Virus record (IMG/VR): IMGVR_UViG_3300009609_000004
Span: 1-62,220 of that record
Direction: 5' to 3' (one strand)
Length of the DNA stretch: 62,220 nucleotides
Origin: a virus
Taxonomy: Duplodnaviria > Caudoviricetes
Position 1 is the first letter of the stretch; each line of letters starts with the position of its first letter. Position numbers and translations under genes: made by a program. Positions 1 to 7,452 of the stretch are shown here, piece after piece. The notes under the pieces were generated by a model. That model worked only from the letters and a program-made list of their open reading frames with translations, did no database searches and had not been told where the DNA came from.

Positions 1-123
1 CGCGTGGAAGCACTGTGGGGCTGGTCGACGCTGTACCCCGAGTGGGCTTGCCGCGAAGTGTCGAGTTCTTAACCGTCAACCGCAACCAGATTTCACCAAC
101 AAAACGAAAGGACAACAGAAAAC
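1..123. repeat. Terminal direct repeat (circular-assembly overlap), copy 1
   Basis: Bases 1-123 are identical to 62098-62220 and include the 3' end of the coat gene. Confidence 0.97.
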
Positions 124-125
124 GT

Positions 126-1157
126 ATGCGAAAAATTCTTCACATCCTGACGTTGGCTGCGGTTCTGCTGGCGGTCCAAGCGACCGCCTTCAGCCAGACG
201 CAGCCGACTTTCACGACACTTTCGGCCGCAGTTGCGGATGAGCGCACCACGCGACTCACCGTTACAAGCGCCACCGGATTCGTTGCCAGCAATCAAGCGA
301 CTGGTCTCGACTACGGACTTTTCGTCGACAACGAATTCATGCGTATCACCGCAGTCAGTGGTACGACGATCACGGTCGAGCGCGGCCAGGCGCGCACGAA
401 TGCTACGGCTCACAAATCAGGGGCCCGTGTATTTGTCGGCCAGTTCGGATCCCAACGGCAGAGTTCAACGCAGACCGGAGGCCCGTTTATCCAGTCTCCG
501 CTGTACGGTTCCTGCACGCGAACAACCGGGACGATCCTGCCGCTGATTCAGGTCAATCCGACGACGCTCGGCGGCCAGGCGCTCTACGATTGCAACAACG
601 GGAAGTGGATCAAGGCGACTCTGTTCGATGACCAGCCTCAATCCCCGCTCGTCGGCCCGTGTAGCGTTCCTATCGGCTCGGTCGCTTACGCTTCCTTCGG
701 CACGAACACCGCCGATGTTGCCAATAAGCGCATGTCGACGTCGATTTATGTACCGGTGACCGGTATCTATACCGGTGTGCAGTTCCTTCAGGGCGGCACG
801 GCTACGACCGATAACATCACGTTCGGGCTGTTCGATGCTGGAGGTAAGCCGATTGCGAATGCGGGGGCGACAGGCGTCCTGCTGGCGACGGCCGACACGT
901 TTAAGGCGGTGCCGTTCACTGCCGGCTCGTCTGGTAACGCTCAGACGTTGACGATTGTTCCTGGTCCGGCGAACTACTTCATCAGCCTGAACGCCAACGG
1001 TTCAACGGCTGGTGCAATCCGGACCGTTGCCGTGTCGACTTTCAAGAACGTTCTATCGGCCGGAACAACCAGCGTCACGTTTGGGACGTTTGTGGCATTC
1101 ACGCCCCCGACGACGTTCACTGCCGATCTTGCTCCTATCGGCTGCTTCTACAACTAA
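126..1157 (+). CDS. Signal-peptide-bearing virion accessory/decoration-like protein
   Basis: ATG 126 downstream of GAAAGGA; N-terminus MRKILHILTLAAVLLAVQATAFSQ; Thr/Gly/Ala-rich; follows the coat gene across the circular junction. Confidence 0.7.
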   Translation: MRKILHILTLAAVLLAVQATAFSQTQPTFTTLSAAVADERTTRLTVTSATGFVASNQATGLDYGLFVDNEFMRITAVSGTTITVERGQARTNATAHKSGARVFVGQFGSQRQSSTQTGGPFIQSPLYGSCTRTTGTILPLIQVNPTTLGGQALYDCNNGKWIKATLFDDQPQSPLVGPCSVPIGSVAYASFGTNTADVANKRMSTSIYVPVTGIYTGVQFLQGGTATTDNITFGLFDAGGKPIANAGATGVLLATADTFKAVPFTAGSSGNAQTLTIVPGPANYFISLNANGSTAGAIRTVAVSTFKNVLSAGTTSVTFGTFVAFTPPTTFTADLAPIGCFYN

Positions 1158-1173
1158 ACACCGCATGAAATAG

Positions 1174-1213
1174 GGTCCATAGCCGGGTCACCAGCCCGGC
1201 ATGGACCTTTTTT
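1174..1213 (+). terminator. Rho-independent terminator
   Basis: Hairpin GGTCCAT-A-GCCGGG...CCCGGC-ATGGACC followed by TTTTTT. Confidence 0.8.
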
Positions 1214-1245
1214 GCATTTCGTAAGAACAGAAAGGTCTCTCTTCA

Positions 1246-2742
1246 ATGAGAAAACTGTTACTTGCTCTACTGCTTCTGTTTATCCCAGCGATTGCAACCG
1301 CGAAGAATGCCCTCGGCGTGCTCTCTGCCTCTGCGAACTCGTGTACACCAACGACAGGCGTGGCGCTGACCCTTGATCAAAACGACAGTACCGCGACTAT
1401 TCAACTGAATGGAACATTCGTCGGAACGGTCACGTTCACCATTTCTTCGAACGGCGGCACATACACTGCGATTAAAGGGATTCCATCGACGCTCGGTTCG
1501 GCCACGTCGACGGCGACAAGTACCGGGGCGTGGATCTTCAGCGTTGCAGGATCGACGAATATCTGCGCCTACATATCCACTTACACGTCCGGGTCTGTAA
1601 TCGTCGTTATCAATTCGTCGTCGGCAATGGTCTCCGGGCTCACGAGTACGTCGCTTCCTCAGAGTCTCGACACGACGTCTTCCCCGACATTTGCCGCGCT
1701 GACTCTCAACCCAGGCGGTGCTACCGCTCTGACAGTTGAGGGTGCAACTGACGACACGGTTGAAACAATCGTCGCCTTTGCGGATCCAACATCCTCCGAC
1801 AAGACCGTGACGTTCGCCGATGCAACCGGCACGGTCATGCTCAGTACCCTTTCAACCAATGCTCCAGACGCTGCGAACAGTGTCACTGGCGCATCGAATG
1901 CCCTCGTGTTCGAGGGGGCCACGGCGGACGGCTTTGAGATTTCCGTCGCACCAGCAGACACAGGAGCGGATGTAACGATCACACTTCCTGCCGCAGCCGG
2001 AACCGTCATGCTGTCGACATTGGCAACCAACGCGCCGGACGCAGCAAACTCAGTGACCGGAGCGAGTGCGGCGCTCGTTTTCGAAGGAGCAACCGCCGAC
2101 GCATTTGAATTGAGCGTGACGGCGGCCGATCCAACGGTTGGCGACACGGTGCTGACGCTGCCCAATACCGGAGGCGTCAACGTCGCGGCAATGGTGAGCA
2201 CGCTCACAACAAACTCTCCGGATGCCGCGAATTCAGTGACAGGTGCCAGCGCCGCGCTGCTTTTCGAAGGTACCGCGGATGCCTTCGAAACCTCGCTGAC
2301 GGTCACCGATCCCACCGCAGACCGGACCGTGACAATTCCAGATTCCACCTTCACGGTCGGCCAGATCGAAGTGACCTACACCATGCTTGCGAACGGATCG
2401 CTCGCCGACCAGACGTTCTTCCTGGCCACGCGCGCTTACATCGTGACGGCAATTTCAGAAGTGCATTCAGTCGCCGGTAACGATGCGGGCGCCGTGAATC
2501 TACAGGTCACGAAAGACACTTCAACTAACGCGCCTGGGGCCGGCACGGACCTACTTACCAATAACGCCAATGCCGGATTTGACCTGAAGGGCACGGCAAA
2601 CACTGTCCAGGCGGGAACGCTCGCCGCTTCCGCCGCGACACTGACTCTTGCTGCTGGCGACCGGTTGGCCGTCGACTTCGCCGGAACCTTGGCGACTCTT
2701 GCTGGCGTGACGGTGACCGTCTCCATGCGACCAATCAACTAA
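1246..2742 (+). CDS. Signal-peptide-bearing fibre-like structural protein with internal repeats
   Basis: Leader MRKLLLALLLLFIPAIATA; three copies of STLxTNxPDAANSVTGASxALxFEG(A)TADxFE. Confidence 0.7.
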   Translation: MRKLLLALLLLFIPAIATAKNALGVLSASANSCTPTTGVALTLDQNDSTATIQLNGTFVGTVTFTISSNGGTYTAIKGIPSTLGSATSTATSTGAWIFSVAGSTNICAYISTYTSGSVIVVINSSSAMVSGLTSTSLPQSLDTTSSPTFAALTLNPGGATALTVEGATDDTVETIVAFADPTSSDKTVTFADATGTVMLSTLSTNAPDAANSVTGASNALVFEGATADGFEISVAPADTGADVTITLPAAAGTVMLSTLATNAPDAANSVTGASAALVFEGATADAFELSVTAADPTVGDTVLTLPNTGGVNVAAMVSTLTTNSPDAANSVTGASAALLFEGTADAFETSLTVTDPTADRTVTIPDSTFTVGQIEVTYTMLANGSLADQTFFLATRAYIVTAISEVHSVAGNDAGAVNLQVTKDTSTNAPGAGTDLLTNNANAGFDLKGTANTVQAGTLAASAATLTLAAGDRLAVDFAGTLATLAGVTVTVSMRPIN

Positions 2743-2763
2743 ACAGAAAGGAACTTTTCACCA

Positions 2764-3339
2764 ATGGCTTTCGATTACAAAAAACACCACACCCGCGCGA
2801 TGTATGCCCCGCAGGATTATGGCAGCATCAAAAAGGGCATGTCCAAGGAAGTGAACTCGCAGGATGAAGAGATCAATGCCCGTAAAGAGGGCTACACGAG
2901 CGAGCGTTACGTCAAGTCGGAGTACCCCACTACGTTCTGGCACAAGGAAACCGGTGCGACGCGAATCGTCGGGCGGATCGAGTGGTCGGTCGAGCAGAAC
3001 GATGAGGCAGTGGCGGCGGCGGAAAGAGACGGATTCGGACGCGAGCATGTAGCCGCAGCCGAAAAGAAAGCTGATGCGCAACTACAGCACGGCGGCTCCG
3101 GACTCATGGAACTGGCGACCCTAATCGCCGACATGCGAGCGAACCAGGAGGCCATCCTGCAGATCGGTGACGCCTGTTCGCGTATGGAAATCGCAGTGAC
3201 CGAACTCGTTGCGGCGAAGATCGCTGTAGATGCTCGCCTTGCCGAACTGGAGACCGCTCCAGACGCTCTGGCACCGCTCATTAAGCGACTCGATCAGATC
3301 GAAAAAGAACTGAAAAAAGAGCACAAGAAAAACGATTAA
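2764..3339 (+). CDS. Hypothetical protein with coiled-coil C-terminus
   Basis: RBS GAAAGGAA; clean ORF in the morphogenesis operon. Confidence 0.7.
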   Translation: MAFDYKKHHTRAMYAPQDYGSIKKGMSKEVNSQDEEINARKEGYTSERYVKSEYPTTFWHKETGATRIVGRIEWSVEQNDEAVAAAERDGFGREHVAAAEKKADAQLQHGGSGLMELATLIADMRANQEAILQIGDACSRMEIAVTELVAAKIAVDARLAELETAPDALAPLIKRLDQIEKELKKEHKKND

Positions 3340-3342
3340 CCA

Positions 3343-4122
3343 GTGACTGTCAACGACCTCATCTTTGAGGCTGGTGTCATGGCGGGCAACTTCTCGCCAT
3401 CGCAGGGCATGCCGCCGGAAGAAGCGGCGTACGGCTTTCGCAAGCTGGCTGACCTCATCGATCTCCTTAAAACCCACAGACTCACACTCTACCGTCGCCA
3501 GCGATGCGGTCCGTTCTCGGTGACCTCCGGGCAGGGAGACATCACCGCATCCAGCCCGATTACGATCGGGACAGGGGCGACGTGGAGTACGCCGCGTCCA
3601 GTCTGGATTGATGGCGCCGGACTGATCTACACGGCCGGCAGCGTTCCTTATCCCGAACTCCCGATGCGCGTCATGACCGTCAAGGAATGGCGCGCGGAAC
3701 AGGTCAAGGGGATAACGGCGACACTCTCCTACGCGTTGATCTACGACCAGACGTTTACTGCGGACGGCTACGGGCACATCTATCTGTATCCCGTGCCGAG
3801 CGCATCGTTTCAGGTTGTTCTCTACAACGGGATTCCGGTAGCGGAGTTCCCGCTCGACGCCAACGGCAATCCAGACTTCACGACGGCGATCGCGCTGCCG
3901 CCCGGCTATCGGATGATGCTGATTTCAAATCTGGCAAAAATCATGTGCCTGGGACTGCAGACGATCTCTGCCGATCTTCGCGAGACGGCCGAGAACAGCC
4001 TTGCCGACGTGAAGACCTCGAACCTTGTTCAGCACATGGACACGCTCAGTTGTGATAGCGCGGTGCGTCAGGACGGGAATAGAAGCGGCGGGTGGAATTG
4101 GATAACGGGAAACATAGAGTAA
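3343..4122 (+). CDS. Head-tail adaptor (P22 gp4-like)
   Basis: MTVNDLIFEA start, IYLYPVP and LPPGYRMMLISNLA motifs typical of podophage adaptors; position. Confidence 0.7.
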   Translation: MTVNDLIFEAGVMAGNFSPSQGMPPEEAAYGFRKLADLIDLLKTHRLTLYRRQRCGPFSVTSGQGDITASSPITIGTGATWSTPRPVWIDGAGLIYTAGSVPYPELPMRVMTVKEWRAEQVKGITATLSYALIYDQTFTADGYGHIYLYPVPSASFQVVLYNGIPVAEFPLDANGNPDFTTAIALPPGYRMMLISNLAKIMCLGLQTISADLRETAENSLADVKTSNLVQHMDTLSCDSAVRQDGNRSGGWNWITGNIE

Positions 4123-4482
4123 ATGGGCGAACTTCATCTCGGAATCGATTCTGTTCTTTTGTTCGCGCTCGGAATCATCGGCTACTTCCTCCGTTGGGTT
4201 CACAAGAAAAACGAAGAAACTCACACGGAGAACAAGGCGGCGTTGCAGGCGATCGAGAAGCGCCTTCTTTCCGACCTTGAAATCCTCGGCGTCGTCAACG
4301 GGAAGTACGTCAGCCGGAAAGAGCAGGATCTTGTGCTGAGGGAAAGCGAGACGCAGCACAGACATCTGAGCGAGAAGATCGAAACATTATCGAAGGAAGC
4401 GGCGGGACTGCGAACCCTCTGGGATAACAGCATTGCGACGCTCCTTTCCAACATCTACGCAGCACTGGAGCGCACGCGATGA
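4123..4482 (+). CDS. Membrane-anchored protein of the lysis region (holin-like or accessory)
   Basis: One N-terminal TM helix plus coiled coil; ATGA-coupled to the endolysin. Confidence 0.55.
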   Translation: MGELHLGIDSVLLFALGIIGYFLRWVHKKNEETHTENKAALQAIEKRLLSDLEILGVVNGKYVSRKEQDLVLRESETQHRHLSEKIETLSKEAAGLRTLWDNSIATLLSNIYAALERTR

Positions 4483-4964
4483 CGAAAGAAGAACTCGTAA
4501 AGATTGCCGTGCAGATTGCGCTGATGCGCGGTCTTGATCCGGCGCTCGTCTGTTCGATCTGCGCTCACGAATCTGCCGGCTGGAATATGTGGGCGACGCG
4601 ATACGAGCCCGCCTTCTACGCCCGATACATCGAGCCCATGAAAGACGTGCGGACATTCGGCCCGACGATCTCCCAGGCAACGGAGCGCCGCGATCGTGCG
4701 ACGTCCTTCGGGCTGATGCAGGTCATGGGCCAGGTGGCGCGCGAGTACGGATTCACGGGTGAATTCCTGAGCGAGTTACTCGATCAGCACAAAGGCATCC
4801 TGTACGGCTGCCTGAAACTGCAACGTTCGATCGATAAGAACAAGGGCAATGTTCCGGCAGGACTTCTTTCCTATAACGGTAGCGGCAACGCTCGCTACCC
4901 GGATCTGATCATGTCCCATTACAAAGACTACGCATATCTGAATTCAGCGACGAGGATACCGTGA
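4479..4964 (+). CDS. Endolysin, SLT-family lytic transglycosylase
   Basis: AHES, GLMQVM and SYNG motifs of SLT domains. Confidence 0.9.
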   Translation: MTKEELVKIAVQIALMRGLDPALVCSICAHESAGWNMWATRYEPAFYARYIEPMKDVRTFGPTISQATERRDRATSFGLMQVMGQVAREYGFTGEFLSELLDQHKGILYGCLKLQRSIDKNKGNVPAGLLSYNGSGNARYPDLIMSHYKDYAYLNSATRIP

Positions 4965-5242
4965 AGCAGTTCATTGAAGATCACTTCGACAAACTCCTGC
5001 TGGGCTGCATGCTCATGTACCTCGTCCACGTTGTTCTTTTTCTTTCCATGAGGCAGACAGCGCCGGAGGTCATCTCATGGGCTCGCGAATTGACCAGCGG
5101 GTTCGCGGGCGGACTGCTGGGACTGATCACCGGAATGCGTATTCAGAACGGAGGAAGTGATGTTAAGTCTCGCCTTAGCGTTTCTAAAATCGACAATCAA
5201 AAACAGGAAAAAGGCAGCGAAGATCGAGAAGGAGTTAATTGA
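4961..5242 (+). CDS. Putative holin
   Basis: Two hydrophobic segments and a charged C-terminal tail; overlaps the endolysin stop. Confidence 0.6.
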   Translation: MKQFIEDHFDKLLLGCMLMYLVHVVLFLSMRQTAPEVISWARELTSGFAGGLLGLITGMRIQNGGSDVKSRLSVSKIDNQKQEKGSEDREGVN

Positions 5243-5300
5243 GATCCGCGATCTGATCAACGAGTACCTGGAACTCCCACGTCCCGGCAAAACAAAATGA
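5160..5300 (+). CDS. Small cationic amphipathic peptide (46 aa), not in the ORF track
   Basis: GGAGG upstream of ATG 5160; MLSLALAFLKSTIKNRKKAAKIEKELIEIRDLINEYLELPRPGKTK. Confidence 0.55.
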   Translation: MLSLALAFLKSTIKNRKKAAKIEKELIEIRDLINEYLELPRPGKTK

Positions 5301-5350
5301 TGTTCCCCGGCCAGTAAGCCGAACAGGTTTCCCCTCACCGCTCCCTCGGT

Positions 5351-5383
5351 AAAGCCCCCGTCGCAAGGCGGGGGTTTCTTTTT
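5351..5383 (+). terminator. Rho-independent terminator after the lysis cassette
   Basis: GCCCCCGTC-GCAA-GGCGGGGGT hairpin followed by TTCTTTTT. Confidence 0.8.
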
Positions 5384-5395
5384 GGAGTCCAAACA

Positions 5396-6394
5396 ATGAA
5401 GAAAACTCTCATCGCGGCATTAATGCTGGCGTTGCTTCCTGTCGCGCTGTTCGCGCAGCAGCCTGTCACCGGGTCGATCACGGCAACCAGTTCGAACTGC
5501 ACGTCGACGGCTTGCGTCATGTGGCAGCTCCCGCAGGGCGGCAATACGACCAACATCGGTACGGTCGCCATGCAGGTCACTGGCACATTCTCGGCCACGC
5601 TGCAGTTCGAGGCGGCGATCGATGGGAACTCGTTAACGCCGACGTTTGTCGCGATCTACGGGTTCCCCATTGGATCGAGTACGCCGGCAACGTCCACTAC
5701 CAGCACCGGTCTCTGGCAGTTCTCAACGGCGGGACTCTCGGTCATACGCGTCCGCGCTTCTGCCTATACGAGCGGCACGGCGGTCGTTTTGATGACTGCA
5801 TCGAATCCCAACTTCGGAGGTGGAGGCGGTGGTGTTGGTGGAGGTGGCGGACCGGTCACGATAGCGGACGGCGCGGACGTTGCAGAAGGCTCGACGACGG
5901 TAGATCGCTGCGCAACTACCGATACGACGACATGCACCCTGGTTGGACTGGCCAAGCAAACGAATTGGTTTCTGGAAAACTCGACAGGTCAAACCACGCT
6001 TGCAGGTTCGAACTCGGTCAATCTGGCTTACCCGACCTTGGCGAGTGGGTTTATCTCCACTGCGATGACCGGAACGACGTCGACCGTCTTTGGCGGTGGG
6101 TTGGCCGCAACTGCGAATAACTACATCTATCTGACGTCCTGCACGACATCAAACTCAAGTCTGACTGTTTCGACGGACATCTTACTTCAGGACGGAAGCG
6201 GCGGAACAACGCTCTATGTTCTGCCTGCTCCAGCTGCAGCAGTGGCGACAACTGGCGGCGGTGGAGGGACGTTTACCTTCCCAATGCCGATCAAGGTTCC
6301 AACCGCAGGCAATGCGCTCTACGCAGCCAATGTAACCTCGGGATCGTCGACGAAGATTTCCTGCTCGGGCTTCAAGTCGACAATTAGCTACTGA
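5396..6394 (+). CDS. Signal-peptide-bearing structural-like protein
   Basis: Leader MKKTLIAALMLALLPVALFAQ; N-domain similar to that of 1246..2742; poly-Gly linker. Confidence 0.7.
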   Translation: MKKTLIAALMLALLPVALFAQQPVTGSITATSSNCTSTACVMWQLPQGGNTTNIGTVAMQVTGTFSATLQFEAAIDGNSLTPTFVAIYGFPIGSSTPATSTTSTGLWQFSTAGLSVIRVRASAYTSGTAVVLMTASNPNFGGGGGGVGGGGGPVTIADGADVAEGSTTVDRCATTDTTTCTLVGLAKQTNWFLENSTGQTTLAGSNSVNLAYPTLASGFISTAMTGTTSTVFGGGLAATANNYIYLTSCTTSNSSLTVSTDILLQDGSGGTTLYVLPAPAAAVATTGGGGGTFTFPMPIKVPTAGNALYAANVTSGSSTKISCSGFKSTISY

Positions 6395-6395
6395 T

Positions 6396-7247
6396 ATGAA
6401 GAAGGCGTTTCTCTTTATCGCGATTCTCTGCCCTGCTCTGCTGTTCGCGCAGAGTCTCCCAACGACAGGTTTAACCTACCACGCGAAAGCGCAGGTTGAC
6501 ACAGACATCTGGCAAGTCAACACGGGCGGGGTGTTCTCAGACCATCCTACGGACGGTGAAGCGGTCAAGTACGCCGATGACGTTGCGCACGGTCTGTATT
6601 CACTAGGGCAGAACGGCGCAGATCCTATCTGGGATGTCTCGACGCCGCTGATGGTCCTGCCGAACCTGGCATTCGACGGGACTGATGACCAGCTTCGCAC
6701 CGAACTAAGTTCGACAGAAGGCTCAGTCAACGCCAGTAATTTTGTAACGGTCAGCGCCGCCACCATGATTTTCGCAATCTACGTGGAGGCAGTAGACACA
6801 AACAACGCTGCCACATACGACAACGATGCCATCATTTCGGAGGGTACGGGGAATTTCGGACTTGTGCTGAAAAACAACGCAGGTGCCTATACCATCTGCT
6901 ACGCAAATTTCGACGGCTCCGACGACAGCGTTTGTAAATCCATCTCGATCAACACGACGTATGTAGTGATGGCTCGGCACGAATCAGGAAATATCTACAT
7001 CTCGATTAACGGAGGGGCCGAAACCTCAGCGGCGAGTGGGAACACGTCAGGCGTCGGAGCGCCTGTATACATTGGACGCAACTACAACGCGGCTCAGTTC
7101 TACGCTGGCCGAATTGGTGAGCTTGCTCTATGGAATGTTGCGCTGACAGGTACGGACCTTTCAGACGCTATTGCCTACTTCCGGAACATTTGGACGCCTT
7201 CTAACCGCAGATGCACGATGTCTTTACTTGGGGTGGGTGGATGTTAA
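6396..7247 (+). CDS. Signal-peptide-bearing LamG/ConA-like lectin-fold protein
   Basis: Leader ending ALLFAQ; FDGTDD and YIGR...YAGRIGELALWNVALT LamG-like motifs. Confidence 0.75.
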   Translation: MKKAFLFIAILCPALLFAQSLPTTGLTYHAKAQVDTDIWQVNTGGVFSDHPTDGEAVKYADDVAHGLYSLGQNGADPIWDVSTPLMVLPNLAFDGTDDQLRTELSSTEGSVNASNFVTVSAATMIFAIYVEAVDTNNAATYDNDAIISEGTGNFGLVLKNNAGAYTICYANFDGSDDSVCKSISINTTYVVMARHESGNIYISINGGAETSAASGNTSGVGAPVYIGRNYNAAQFYAGRIGELALWNVALTGTDLSDAIAYFRNIWTPSNRRCTMSLLGVGGC

Positions 7248-7452
7248 CCGCTCGTACATTACCTGCTGCTCGAGAGGTGGATCAGTGAGCCGCAATTGCG
7301 TCCCTCGTTCCGATAGCAGCGCCTGTCGGAATGGAACAAGCGAGAACTCTAACTGTTTCGCATTCGTTTCAGGCAGGAACGTTCCTGCTACATCCAGTAG
7401 CCAAAGAGCCAGTCGCATCCGCATATCGGTATTAACCCGCACCCTTGATCTT

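Noticed and set aside
1-123. 123-bp terminal repeat as a biological DTR
   Set aside because: It cuts through the coat gene end and is best explained as circular-assembly overlap; P22-like TerL implies headful packaging.
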